Shown one piece after another: positions 1 to 10,293 of a DNA stretch of 64,000 nucleotides; positions within the stretch are counted from its first letter, which is position 1, and every line of letters begins with the position of its first letter. Below the pieces are notes generated by a model. The model did not search any database. It saw only the letters and a program-made list of their open reading frames with translations, and was not told the DNA's origin. The stretch lies in IMG/VR virus record IMGVR_UViG_3300031774_002347; one strand, written 5' to 3'. The translations under genes were made by a program, and so were the position numbers. This DNA comes from an uncultured virus (IMG/VR IMGVR_UViG_3300031774_002347) (lineage: Duplodnaviria; Heunggongvirae; Uroviricota; Caudoviricetes).

Positions 1-2
1 GT

Positions 3-890
3 AGAGAGGTAGTTAAGAAAATAAAAAAGAACTACAAAGAAGTATTAAATACAGAATTAGAACATCTTTGGCAAGGAGATGACCCAAAAAAATTTAGAGA
101 ACTATTAGGTGGTGCTCGAAGAATACATATTCTACACGGATACTATGCACCACATAAATTTATAGTAGAAAATAAAGAAAAAATACATAGTAATATGATA
201 CACGTCTCAGTTAGGGATTGTTTAAAAGCCTCGATGGTGTTGGACTTAGATAGGTCATTTCACACGCTGATGGAACAAGCTTGGGAAGATGAAATATGTA
301 AACTTGCAACACATCCAATATGGATTGGAGCTGAAAAATCTAAGTTAGATTATCCAACAGAACACATACCAAATTATTATGAGTTTAAACATAATCTTGA
401 TGTAAGTGATAGTAATCAAATTGGATATGCTGCAAGAATGGAAACTCGTAAGTGTCCACATTTTTTAGAGGGATTGGATTCTATATTATTTACAAATATT
501 AGACATATTAAATGGTGGGAACAAAATGCTAATACCGATACGAGTACTTGGAAAAAGATTAGTTTTAGTTATAAATTTTTAGATAATTTTATGAAAAGAG
601 ATTGGGGTATATCACACTCTGCACATATATTTGAACCATTCGGATATAGTATATTTCAAGCAGTTGATTATGGTAAGATACCAATATTGGCACACGATTG
701 GATACCTAAATATGATTATCCATTTAGAGCAAGTTCAGTAAAAGAATTTCACGAACACTATCATACAATATGTAAATTATCATTACAAGAAAGAAGAGAT
801 TATGTATTTCCACTAAGAGAATACTTAAAAGAAAACTATGGTGATAAAAAGGCGTGGAGAGAAAAAATGTTAAGAATATTTAACGATTGA
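3..890 (+). CDS. Glycosyltransferase (GT-B/GT4-like), 5'-truncated by the window edge
   Basis: Frame is open from position 3. The C-terminal 'EPFGYSIFQAVDYGKIPI' resembles the GT4 E-x-F-G-x4-E-A signature. Confidence 0.6.
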   Translation, partial: REVVKKIKKNYKEVLNTELEHLWQGDDPKKFRELLGGARRIHILHGYYAPHKFIVENKEKIHSNMIHVSVRDCLKASMVLDLDRSFHTLMEQAWEDEICKLATHPIWIGAEKSKLDYPTEHIPNYYEFKHNLDVSDSNQIGYAARMETRKCPHFLEGLDSILFTNIRHIKWWEQNANTDTSTWKKISFSYKFLDNFMKRDWGISHSAHIFEPFGYSIFQAVDYGKIPILAHDWIPKYDYPFRASSVKEFHEHYHTICKLSLQERRDYVFPLREYLKENYGDKKAWREKMLRIFND

Positions 891-899
891 TATTTATTA
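889..899 (+). promoter_or_regulatory. Recurrent intergenic motif GATATTTATTA (putative late promoter)
   Basis: ATATTTAT core directly upstream of ATG 902; the same core occurs in 9 other intergenic gaps. Confidence 0.55.
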
Positions 900-901
900 C
901 T

Positions 902-1954
902 ATGAGTACTGCATCAAATCAAAACTTATCATTAGGAAAATTAGGAAGAGCCGTAAGTGGTTCTCGTTCTAATTACACAACCGAGACTTCATTGGGTCAG
1001 GCAGCAGGAACGAACGCCACAAATTCAAATATTAAAATTTCTGATTTTTCTATCAGTTCAGTTGATAGTTTGACTGGATATGCGTTTTTATGGGAACAAA
1101 CATCTGAAGATTATTTATTAACCTTTTCCAATAGAGGAACACGATTTGATACCAAGATAGCAAAGGTTGCTGGTAATTTTACTTGGGGAATAAATGCAAG
1201 TGGTGCAACAATCACAAACAACGGAGCAACTGGTTCGGTAGCAGCAGCTGCAATATCAAATGCAAATACTGGTACGGGTGATGATAGTGATTTCTTTCCT
1301 GCAGGTACAAATAATTTAAGTAGAACATTATCAGTTACATTTAAAGAAGATGGGCAATCAGATGGTTTTAATGACCACGCAACTAATTACAATACTGCAA
1401 GAACAAAAGCAATTACTATTGTGGATTCATATGGTGGTAGTAATCCAAGTTGTTTATTAGAGGGAACACCTATTGATATGGCAGATGGTACTACTAAAAA
1501 AGTAGAAGATTTAATTGTAGGTGATTGGGTTATGTCAATGAATATGCCTGGTCAGTTAGATGAGGATAATGAAGATTGGAGAAGTTGTAGGTTTCCTGAT
1601 GAGAAAACAGAAGTATTTTCACAACATTCAGCAAGTGTTCAAGATATTAATTTTGATTATGTACAAAACTATTGGAATATAAATAATGGTGAAGAGAAGA
1701 TTACAGGTGACCACGAGATGTTATATAAACCAGTAGGAGAAGATGTTTGGATGTGGAACTTAGTTCCAAATATGTTAGTAGGTGGTTATTTGATGGATAA
1801 GAACGGAAATGAAGTTCTAATAACACAATTAGAAAATGTTGTAAGTGAAGAGGGATTTGAGGTCGTACAAATTGATGTAGAACCATTAGATGTATATTTT
1901 GGTCAAACATTTTTAGTACATAACAAAGGAAGTGATGACGACCCATTTGCATAA
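902..1954 (+). CDS. Virion-type Ser/Thr/Gly/Asn-rich protein with C-terminal Hint (intein-like) domain
   Basis: ATG at 902. Hint block A 'CLLEGTPIDMADG..KKVEDLIVGD' starts at 1451, block B is 'ITGDHEM', and the domain ends 'VVQIDVE..DVYF...FLVHN' at 1924. Confidence 0.75.
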   Translation: MSTASNQNLSLGKLGRAVSGSRSNYTTETSLGQAAGTNATNSNIKISDFSISSVDSLTGYAFLWEQTSEDYLLTFSNRGTRFDTKIAKVAGNFTWGINASGATITNNGATGSVAAAAISNANTGTGDDSDFFPAGTNNLSRTLSVTFKEDGQSDGFNDHATNYNTARTKAITIVDSYGGSNPSCLLEGTPIDMADGTTKKVEDLIVGDWVMSMNMPGQLDEDNEDWRSCRFPDEKTEVFSQHSASVQDINFDYVQNYWNINNGEEKITGDHEMLYKPVGEDVWMWNLVPNMLVGGYLMDKNGNEVLITQLENVVSEEGFEVVQIDVEPLDVYFGQTFLVHNKGSDDDPFA

Positions 1955-1973
1955 ATAATAGTTTTAAGGTTTT

Positions 1974-2696
1974 ATGAAAAATTCAATATTAAATTATGAA
2001 TATATAAAAGAGTTTATTACAACGAATGATGGGGAAGAAGTTCCTTATCGTTGGTCGCATGGTGCAACTGATGAACATCTTGGTGATGGATTAATAATCT
2101 ACACATTAATTAATTTTTTTAAATTAAAAACATTAGTTTGTTTAGGAAGTGGTGGTGGATACATACCACGAGTTATGACACAAGCAAGATATGATTTATC
2201 ACAAGAGGGATTTTATAAAGAAGTAAGTATGGAGTGGGGAGATAATGGAAGTACTTATATAGTAGATGCGTGTAATGGTTTTAATGGTGAGGTAGATTGG
2301 TCAGAAGAGGATAGTTTCTTTCGTACTACATTTCATCCAAAATTTATAAAAGAAACTACAGAAGAAGCATATTATAATTATTTTGTAAAACAAGATATAA
2401 AAATAGATTTATTACATATAGATGCAAATCATACTTTGGATGGGGTAAAATTAGATTTTGATTTATATTCAAAAATTATGAATAAGGGTGGTATTATTAC
2501 AATACACGATACAGATAAAGATTACATAGATAATTTTGTAGAATTAGATGGACATAAAAATGATGATTTATCAGGTCCAAGTCAATTTATCAAAACATTA
2601 GAAAAAAGAGGATTTGAAGTTATAAACTTTTTTAATCACGAAAATATAAAAGATAAACCAAGTTCGACAGGACTTACAATCGTGAGAAAAAAATGA
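1974..2696 (+). CDS. Class I SAM-dependent methyltransferase (Methyltransf_24-like)
   Basis: 'CLGSGGG', 'IDLLHIDANHT', 'GGIITIHD' motifs. Confidence 0.75.
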   Translation: MKNSILNYEYIKEFITTNDGEEVPYRWSHGATDEHLGDGLIIYTLINFFKLKTLVCLGSGGGYIPRVMTQARYDLSQEGFYKEVSMEWGDNGSTYIVDACNGFNGEVDWSEEDSFFRTTFHPKFIKETTEEAYYNYFVKQDIKIDLLHIDANHTLDGVKLDFDLYSKIMNKGGIITIHDTDKDYIDNFVELDGHKNDDLSGPSQFIKTLEKRGFEVINFFNHENIKDKPSSTGLTIVRKK

Positions 2697-3724
2697 ACAA
2701 TAGATTTTGTAGACAACCTTGGTCTTTTGTAGAGGTTCATCAAAACGGAGATATATGGAATTGTTGTCCAAGTTGGGTTACAAAACCAATGGGTAATATA
2801 TTAGAACAATCTTGGGAAGAGGTTTGGAATGGAAAGATAGCACAAGAATACAGACAAAGTATGATTGATTCTACTTTTGATAATTGTATAGGAAAAAATT
2901 GTCCACATCTACTAAGTAAAACTTTAACAAAAGAATCACCAGTATTTGAAAAGGATGATTTAAATTTATTATGGAAAAAATTACAAGTTAAAGATACTAC
3001 TGGTCCATTGGTTGTTAATTTTTGTTATGATAGAAGTTGTAATTTAAGTTGTCCAAGTTGTAGAGATGATATAATTATGAACTCACCAAAATCTGATGAA
3101 TATAAAAACATAGAAAAGATTCATAAAATAACCATAGATGAAATAATTAAAGATGCATACAGATTATATATTACTGGTACAGGTGACCCATTTGCAAGTC
3201 CATTTTTTAGAAACTTCTTACAAACATTTGATAAATCAAAATATAAAAATATAGGTATGATACATCTACACACAAACGCAACTCTTTGGACAGAACAAAT
3301 GTGGGAATCTATGAGTAATGTTCACGATTTAGTAAAATCAATTGAGATATCAATTGATGCTGGAACAAAAGAAACTTATGAAAAAGTAAGAAGAAATGGA
3401 GATTGGGATATGTTGATGAAGAATTTAGAATACATCAACACAATCAAAACATTAGAAAATGTAAAATTAAGTTTTGTCATACAAGAGGATAATTATCAAG
3501 AATTAGAATTTATGGAAAATTTAAAACATAAACTAAATAATATACCAAGAGTTATAACACATTATTATAAATTACTTGATTGGGGTGTTATGAAAAACTA
3601 TGAAGAAAAAGCAGTTTGGAAATCAACACATAAAAACTTTACTGAATTTAAATCTATTTGGGGAGATTTTAAAAAAACTATAAATGCAGAAAATACAACA
3701 CATAATTTGTTAGGAGTTAAATGA
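2693..3724 (+). CDS. Radical SAM protein with N-terminal SPASM/twitch-like region
   Basis: CNLSCPSC (CxxxCxxC), 'GTGDPF', 'ISIDAG..ETYEKVR'; N-terminal 'C..PW...NGDIWNCC...GN'. Confidence 0.85.
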   Translation: MNNRFCRQPWSFVEVHQNGDIWNCCPSWVTKPMGNILEQSWEEVWNGKIAQEYRQSMIDSTFDNCIGKNCPHLLSKTLTKESPVFEKDDLNLLWKKLQVKDTTGPLVVNFCYDRSCNLSCPSCRDDIIMNSPKSDEYKNIEKIHKITIDEIIKDAYRLYITGTGDPFASPFFRNFLQTFDKSKYKNIGMIHLHTNATLWTEQMWESMSNVHDLVKSIEISIDAGTKETYEKVRRNGDWDMLMKNLEYINTIKTLENVKLSFVIQEDNYQELEFMENLKHKLNNIPRVITHYYKLLDWGVMKNYEEKAVWKSTHKNFTEFKSIWGDFKKTINAENTTHNLLGVK

Positions 3725-4581
3725 AACCACAAGAAAATTTAGTTACTGTCTGCGGACACAATACTACAATGTTACACCATATGTTAGCACATTATCAATA
3801 CAATGTCAAGGAATTTTTTGTAGTACTTTACGCACACCACAAAGATGACCCTGTCATTGAAGAGGGAAAACGAATATTAGAAAAATTTAATTTAAAACCA
3901 CATAAGATTGCGATTGAAGAGGCATTTAATTGGGAAAGAGTAACAGAATTATATAATGAAACCACATCATTGAAACCAGATGAGTGGTGGATAGTATCGG
4001 ATGATGATGAATTACAATTATATTCAAAACCAACCTATCAGATTATTGATGAATGTGAGGACAATGGTTGGGAATTTGTAACTGGAGGATTTCTTGATAG
4101 AATTGGTGAGAATGGAGAGTTCCCAAAGATAACAGAACATTCTAATATATGGAAAGAAATGCCAAACGCTGGATTCTTTCGTTATCCACTAAGTAAAGCA
4201 GAAGCAAATAAGGTTACTTTATTAAAAGGTAAACATAATGTAGTTCCAGGTCAACACTTTATACAATTTGATGATGGTAGTACATCTTGGGGTAAATCAC
4301 ATCCATTAAGATATCCAACAGAAAAAAATTTTACACAAGTTCATCACTTTAAATGGGATTATTCAGTATTACAACGATTGAAACAAGTAAGTACATCTAC
4401 TGCAAACGAATCTTTTGCAAACGAGTATAAGATTATGTTAGATGCAATTGTAGATAGAGATTACAATCTTGATTTGAATAATAGAGAATTTATGTTTGAA
4501 CGGGTAGAAAAACAAAATTATAATCATTATAGAAAATGGAAATCATTAACTAAAAAAATATTGAATATTTCGGGTTTATGA
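3721..4581 (+). CDS. Glycosyltransferase family 2-like (GT-A)
   Basis: 'WWIVSDDDEL' DxD-type motif and 'HHFKW'. Confidence 0.6.
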   Translation: MKPQENLVTVCGHNTTMLHHMLAHYQYNVKEFFVVLYAHHKDDPVIEEGKRILEKFNLKPHKIAIEEAFNWERVTELYNETTSLKPDEWWIVSDDDELQLYSKPTYQIIDECEDNGWEFVTGGFLDRIGENGEFPKITEHSNIWKEMPNAGFFRYPLSKAEANKVTLLKGKHNVVPGQHFIQFDDGSTSWGKSHPLRYPTEKNFTQVHHFKWDYSVLQRLKQVSTSTANESFANEYKIMLDAIVDRDYNLDLNNREFMFERVEKQNYNHYRKWKSLTKKILNISGL

Positions 4582-4582
4582 T

Positions 4583-4592
4583 TATATTTATA
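4583..4592 (+). promoter_or_regulatory. Recurrent motif TATATTTATA (putative late promoter)
   Basis: Lies in the intergenic gap upstream of 4640. Confidence 0.55.
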
Positions 4593-4639
4593 TATAAGTT
4601 ATAACAATTTAATTAAACTAAACTCAATGAGGTTATTAT

Positions 4640-4846
4640 ATGGCTAGTACAGCGAAAACAAATGAACAAATCATTTTGGAAGAACGCAAAGTAAAAGCAT
4701 TAGAAAAAATTGCTAATGTTTTAGATGCCCTAACTATTTGGTTTGAGGATGTAGATAAGGCAGAGTGGAGTGAAAGACTTCAATGGTACTTATTCGAATT
4801 TCACAACAAGATAGTTGGTACAGAAAATAAAGAAGATAAAAAGTAA
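4640..4846 (+). CDS. Small hypothetical helical protein
   Basis: 68-aa ORF with upstream GAGG SD and promoter-like motif. Confidence 0.7.
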   Translation: MASTAKTNEQIILEERKVKALEKIANVLDALTIWFEDVDKAEWSERLQWYLFEFHNKIVGTENKEDKK

Positions 4847-6286
4847 ATGAAACTTGGAGTTATAGTTCCTTATCGTGGACGACCAACTCACCTTAGAAAA
4901 TTCAAAGAATCTATACAGAGATATCTTGATAAATCTAATATTTCATATCACTTAATAATAGTTGAACAAATAGATACCTTACCATTTAATCGTGGTAAGT
5001 TATTAAATATAGGATTTCAGCAAGCATTAAAGAAACGATGTGATTATGTTGTGTTTCACGATGTTGATATGCTACCAGTTAGTGTTGATTATTCTTATTC
5101 TGAAGTTCCAATACATTTAGCAACCAAGTTTACAGGTTCTGCACAACAAGAGGTATTTGACACTTACTTTGGTGGTGTTACAATATTTCCTATTGATGCA
5201 TTTAAGAAAGTAAATGGTTACTCAAATGAATTTTGGGGTTGGGGTTTTGAGGATGATGATTTACTTCTACGCCTAACCGAACAAAATATAGGTACTGATT
5301 TTGATGTATATAAAACAGAAAAAGAATTTAGTTCTGGTTTATATTTACACGGCGAGGAAAGTTATCTACAATGTTTTAATACTATAGATTTGGAAGAAAG
5401 TTTTACACTAAGTTGTACTTTTAAACCAGATGATATTATAGTAGATTATAGATATGCACACGATGAGTATTGTGTATTTAGTATTCCAGGTTGGGATACT
5501 ACAATAGGATACAATTCATTCAATAGATATAAATTTGAAACTTGGGATACTGCTAAAGAATGTTATTCAATAACTTCAAAGCACTCACCACCTAAACTAA
5601 CAAGAATTACTATTACTTATGATAGGCATAATAGATGGATGATTATGTATCAAGATGGTAAAGAAGTTGATAGAAAAAATCTTAAACGAAAAATCTATAA
5701 TCCAAATACACAATTCTTTTATCTTGGTACTGGTGTTCCAAAGCGAGAAGGTCAAATAAAAAGTTTTAGAGGATTGATAAAAGATTTTTGTTATTGGAAT
5801 AAACCATTAGCTGGTAATGAAATACACGAGATTCATAATAATTATGGTATAAATTATTTAGCATCACAAGGACAATATAGTTCTGCAGATAATTTAAAAA
5901 TATGTTATGATATGAAAAATATAGTTCTTGACCACGAATATGATTATTCACACGGAAAAGTTATAGATTTAGCAAATCCTACAGAACAGAGAATGTATGC
6001 AAAAACATTTGAATGTATTCCTAAATCAGAAATGGAAATGGAAAATAAAAAGATTGTAAAACCATATCGAAGAGATTGTACATTTAAATTATTAAAACAC
6101 ACAACAGAGGGATTTAAGGATGGTAATTGGAAAACTGAATCTACTCGTTTAAATCAACATAGATATTATGATAGTGTTGCAAACAATGAAACTAATTTAG
6201 AAACTGATGGGTTAACTACATTACACTTTGAAGAAGTAAATGAAAAGACAACAAGGAACATTACAGAATTAAAGGTTACTTTATGA
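4847..6286 (+). CDS. GT7 (beta-1,4-galactosyltransferase-like) with inserted LamG/ConA-like domain
   Basis: 'IVPYRGR', 'FNRGKLLNIG', 'FHDVD', 'YFGGV', 'WGWGFEDDD'; central 'FYLG...FRGLIKDFCYWNKPL...EI' is LamG-like. Confidence 0.8.
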   Translation: MKLGVIVPYRGRPTHLRKFKESIQRYLDKSNISYHLIIVEQIDTLPFNRGKLLNIGFQQALKKRCDYVVFHDVDMLPVSVDYSYSEVPIHLATKFTGSAQQEVFDTYFGGVTIFPIDAFKKVNGYSNEFWGWGFEDDDLLLRLTEQNIGTDFDVYKTEKEFSSGLYLHGEESYLQCFNTIDLEESFTLSCTFKPDDIIVDYRYAHDEYCVFSIPGWDTTIGYNSFNRYKFETWDTAKECYSITSKHSPPKLTRITITYDRHNRWMIMYQDGKEVDRKNLKRKIYNPNTQFFYLGTGVPKREGQIKSFRGLIKDFCYWNKPLAGNEIHEIHNNYGINYLASQGQYSSADNLKICYDMKNIVLDHEYDYSHGKVIDLANPTEQRMYAKTFECIPKSEMEMENKKIVKPYRRDCTFKLLKHTTEGFKDGNWKTESTRLNQHRYYDSVANNETNLETDGLTTLHFEEVNEKTTRNITELKVTL

Positions 6287-7707
6287 AGTTAGGTATTTGT
6301 ATTCCATATAGAGATACGGGTGACGGAGTAAGAAAAAAACATTTAGATACATTAGTTCCATACTTAGAAGAGTTTTTTGGTAAACGAAATATTGATTTTA
6401 GAATTTATGTAGGACACCAAGTAGATGATAAACAATTTAATAGAAGTGGTACAAAAAATGTAGCATTTCTTGCAGCTAAAGAAGATGGTTGTGATTATGT
6501 AGCGTTTCACGATGTGGATATGTTACCAACAGAAGATGTTGATTATTCATATCCAGGTGAGACACCAAAACAAATTGCTGCATATCTATCACAATGGGAT
6601 TATACTTTACGAGATGTAGAATACTTTGGTGGGGTAGTGTTGTTCACGATAGAACAATTTGAAGCAGTTAATGGATACCATACTAACTATTGGGGTTGGG
6701 GTATGGAAGATGATGATTTATTTTGGAGATGTTATCTAAAAGGATATTATAAACCAGAATTAGTTCCAGGCCCTGGTCATAAAAAAGTTTTACAATTTGA
6801 TGGGTTCACTACATATATTGAAGTACAACCAAGTACTACTTTAAATGAAGTACCAGAAAAATCTTTTAATGTAGAGATGATGGTAAAGGGTGAGGTTAAA
6901 TCAGATGAAGAAGAATATCTAATAGGAAATGATAATTCACAATTTATAAAGTATCCAATATTATGTAAACAAGGTTGGGATTTTGATATTGCGTATAATA
7001 ATTCACGAGCATATTCAACATCATTATGGACTTGGAAAAATGAACATATGTATAGTTGGGTAAAACGATATTCTGGTTTATGGAGTAAAGTAAATTTAGA
7101 AGTTAATGTACGAGGTGGATATAGAAAATTATATATTAACGATGTACAATATGATGAAAAGTTTGGAATACAACAAACAGAACAAAAAATTGATGATAGG
7201 TTAAAACGATATCCACCAAGACCATTTTACATTGGTAGAAATGCACCAAACTCGTGGGGAAATATTAGAAACTTTTTTAAGGGTGAAATGGCGTATATAA
7301 AAATTTATAATCATCAAAATAAATTAATTCTACATTATGATTTTGATAAATCATACAAAGGAAATAAAGTATTAGATTTAAGTGGTTGTGGAAATCACGG
7401 AAAGTTGTTTTTGTATGAGGGAAAAATTAAAAAAGCAGATATATCGAACTTAATGAATACTCTTGTACCAGATAGAAGATACGGAACTATGGAATGTATG
7501 CCACACGAAGATGAGGGTATTGTTGATAATAAGTTTAGTGGTGATATAAAAGCAACAGCAAGAAATGAAATGATATATAGAAAGCATATGCAAAAAGGTG
7601 AAATAGATGTTGATAAAGATGAATATGGATTACACCAAATGAAATGTGAAATAGTTAATAAAGATGATATTTATAATAGACATCAAATAGTAAATGTGAG
7701 GTTTTAA
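6283..7707 (+). CDS. GT7 (beta-1,4-galactosyltransferase-like) with inserted LamG/ConA-like domain, paralog
   Basis: 'IPYRD', 'FNRS..KN', 'FHDVD', 'WGWGMEDDD'; 'LQFDG..TYI' and 'FYIGR...FFKGEM' are LamG-like. Confidence 0.8.
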   Translation: MKLGICIPYRDTGDGVRKKHLDTLVPYLEEFFGKRNIDFRIYVGHQVDDKQFNRSGTKNVAFLAAKEDGCDYVAFHDVDMLPTEDVDYSYPGETPKQIAAYLSQWDYTLRDVEYFGGVVLFTIEQFEAVNGYHTNYWGWGMEDDDLFWRCYLKGYYKPELVPGPGHKKVLQFDGFTTYIEVQPSTTLNEVPEKSFNVEMMVKGEVKSDEEEYLIGNDNSQFIKYPILCKQGWDFDIAYNNSRAYSTSLWTWKNEHMYSWVKRYSGLWSKVNLEVNVRGGYRKLYINDVQYDEKFGIQQTEQKIDDRLKRYPPRPFYIGRNAPNSWGNIRNFFKGEMAYIKIYNHQNKLILHYDFDKSYKGNKVLDLSGCGNHGKLFLYEGKIKKADISNLMNTLVPDRRYGTMECMPHEDEGIVDNKFSGDIKATARNEMIYRKHMQKGEIDVDKDEYGLHQMKCEIVNKDDIYNRHQIVNVRF

Positions 7708-9131
7708 TGTCAGGATACGACGACCAAGTAGCAGAAAATCCAGTCTTTCAAGCAACAAAAGACAAATTAGATAGTGTAGGGTGTGGGATGTGTTTAGCAA
7801 AATGGACACAAGTAACTCTACAATTACAGACAGGACACAATCATTCCTGTCACCATCCAAAAACGCATAAAATTAATAAACAAGAAATATTAAGAAATCC
7901 ATCTGCACTTCATAACACTGGTTATAAGAAAAAACAAAGAAAAATGATGTTAGAGGGAAAACGACCACCTGAATGTGAGTATTGTTGGAATGTAGAAGAT
8001 AACTCGGATAGATTTTCAGATAGAGTATTTAAATCAGGTGAGTATTGGAGTTTACCACACTTTGATGAGATTGCAGCATCTGATTGGAGAGCAGATTACA
8101 ATCCAAGATATGTAGAAGTTGCTTTCTCAAATGCTTGTAATTTCAAGTGTAGTTATTGTGGACCAGCATATTCTACTACTTGGCAAGATGAAGTTAATAA
8201 TTATGGTGGTTATCCAACAAGTGATGGATTTAATGACCCAAGAGGTTTAGTTGCAGAAGATAAAGTTCCTATACCTAAAAGAGACCCAAATCCATATGTA
8301 GAAGCATTTTGGAAATGGTGGCCAGATTTATATCACGATTTACATACATTTAGAATCACGGGTGGAGAACCACTATTATCAAAGGATACTTGGAGAGTTT
8401 TAGATTATATAATTGAACAAGAAGAACCAAATGATAATTTACAATTTGCAGTAAATAGTAATTTAGGTGCACCAGATGTTTTAATTGATAAATTTATTGA
8501 AAAGATACAACGAATAGAAGATGAAGAAAGGGTTGGAGAATTTATTATATTTACATCAGTTGATACTTGGGGTAAACAAGCAGAGTATATTCGTGATGGA
8601 TTAGAATTTAATAGATTTTGGGATAATCTAAATAAAATATTAGAAAAATGTAATCGTGTAAATATGACTATTATGTCTACATACAATTCACTATCAGTAC
8701 CAAACTATGATAAGTTAATATACGAGATATATGATTTAAAAACAAAGTATGGTTCAGAGGATAGATATTGGAACTCTGCAGTATTTTTAGATTCGAGTTA
8801 TTTGAGATATCCAAGACATCAAGCGGTACAAGTATTACCAGATGAATTTGCTAAAAAAATATATAGACAAACACAATTAACCGAGTTTATGTCAACACCA
8901 AATTTTGAAACAAGATTGATTGGGTATTCTGATATTGAAGTTCAAAAATTAAAAAGAATATATGATTGGCATTTATCTCGAAATTACGATGACCCACAAA
9001 TTGTAGAAGATAGAAGAAACTTTTATAGATTTTTTAGTGAACACGACAGAAGAAGAAATACAAACTTTATAGAAACATTTCCTGAACTTGCAAGTTTTTA
9101 TGAGGATTGTGAGAGGTTAGCTAGAAAATGA
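7707..9131 (+). CDS. Radical SAM protein with N-terminal twitch-like Cys cluster
   Basis: CNFKCSYC, 'ITGGEPLL', N-terminal 'CLAKW...SCHHP...ECEYCW'. Confidence 0.85.
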   Translation: MSGYDDQVAENPVFQATKDKLDSVGCGMCLAKWTQVTLQLQTGHNHSCHHPKTHKINKQEILRNPSALHNTGYKKKQRKMMLEGKRPPECEYCWNVEDNSDRFSDRVFKSGEYWSLPHFDEIAASDWRADYNPRYVEVAFSNACNFKCSYCGPAYSTTWQDEVNNYGGYPTSDGFNDPRGLVAEDKVPIPKRDPNPYVEAFWKWWPDLYHDLHTFRITGGEPLLSKDTWRVLDYIIEQEEPNDNLQFAVNSNLGAPDVLIDKFIEKIQRIEDEERVGEFIIFTSVDTWGKQAEYIRDGLEFNRFWDNLNKILEKCNRVNMTIMSTYNSLSVPNYDKLIYEIYDLKTKYGSEDRYWNSAVFLDSSYLRYPRHQAVQVLPDEFAKKIYRQTQLTEFMSTPNFETRLIGYSDIEVQKLKRIYDWHLSRNYDDPQIVEDRRNFYRFFSEHDRRRNTNFIETFPELASFYEDCERLARK

Positions 9132-9865
9132 AATTAAAGATAGTAGAAACACAGCCTTGGTATATACTACCAACACAGAGATATGATTTAACAACGAGAC
9201 CACCAAGTAAATCTATGCAAGGGGATTATACTTTCTTTTGTAGTTTTAAAGTTAATAAAAAAATAAAAACAACAACACCTTGTTCTATAATGATGAGACC
9301 TGGAATGCATCACGGATTATGTTATGCACAAGACCCAGAAGCAATAAATTGGGAATATTGGTATAAAGATGAATTGGGTGAAAATAAATTTGGATTTCTA
9401 TCAGTTAATTTATCACAATATCATCCACAACATAAATTAGAAAATACTTGGTTTTGTGTTATTAGACATATCACTAAGGATAAAGCATTTACACTTCACA
9501 TATATGATGAGGATGGTAAACAAACAACAATGAAATCTGAATATAGTGGCGAGTTAATAAATTATTCTGGTACACCATATAATTTTGGGTGTGGTAATTA
9601 CTTTAAACAAGTTGATGATAGTCATTATTTTTTTGGTGATTACACAATGTTTAATGTGGGGATGATAGAAAGTTTAGACCACGATGATGAAGCAATACAA
9701 GAGTTTATTAGTATCAATAAGGATTCTTTTGATAAATTAGAAAAGAAAGGTAAATTAAATGAACTACTATTTTACTTTAACTTTAACAATACTAATATTT
9801 ACAAAGCTTGGGATTTATCAGACCATTGTAATTTTTTAATGAAAAATGTGGATGTGTTCAAATGA
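9128..9865 (+). CDS. Stand-alone LamG/ConA-like protein
   Basis: Beta-rich; resembles the inserts of the two GT7 proteins ('YNFG...FFGD', 'LFYFNF...WDLS'). Confidence 0.5.
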   Translation: MKLKIVETQPWYILPTQRYDLTTRPPSKSMQGDYTFFCSFKVNKKIKTTTPCSIMMRPGMHHGLCYAQDPEAINWEYWYKDELGENKFGFLSVNLSQYHPQHKLENTWFCVIRHITKDKAFTLHIYDEDGKQTTMKSEYSGELINYSGTPYNFGCGNYFKQVDDSHYFFGDYTMFNVGMIESLDHDDEAIQEFISINKDSFDKLEKKGKLNELLFYFNFNNTNIYKAWDLSDHCNFLMKNVDVFK

Positions 9866-10293
9866 TATTAATATCACATAGAGGAAATATAAACGGGCCA
9901 AGAAAAGAGTTAGAAAATAAACCACGATATATAAATCAAGCATTAGAATTGGGTTATGATGTAGAGATAGATGTGTGGTGGAAAGATGATGGGTTTTGGT
10001 TGGGACACGATAAGCCACAATTTAAGGTTAATAGACAATTTTTACAAAATGATAAATTTTGGTGTCATGCAAAAAACATTGAAGCGTTTTATCATATGAT
10101 TGATGATAAAAGAATACATTGTTTTTCTCACGATGAAGATGAGGTTGCATTAACATCAAGAGGATATTTTTGGTCAACAGCAGATAGTAAAATGACAGAT
10201 AAAACTATTTGTGTTATGCCATCAACATTGGTAGAATTACCAAAGGGTATGGCAGGGATATGTTCTGATTATGTAAGGAGTTATGATGAATAA
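9862..10293 (+). CDS. GDPD/PLC-like phosphodiesterase
   Basis: 'ISHRGN', 'EN', 'DVEIDV', 'LGHD', 'GICSD' motifs. Confidence 0.75.
   Translation: MILISHRGNINGPRKELENKPRYINQALELGYDVEIDVWWKDDGFWLGHDKPQFKVNRQFLQNDKFWCHAKNIEAFYHMIDDKRIHCFSHDEDEVALTSRGYFWSTADSKMTDKTICVMPSTLVELPKGMAGICSDYVRSYDE

Noticed and set aside
1451..1924. Canonical splicing intein
   Set aside because: The residue after His-Asn is Lys, the C-extein would be only 9 aa and there is no endonuclease. Treated as a cleavage-type Hint domain.
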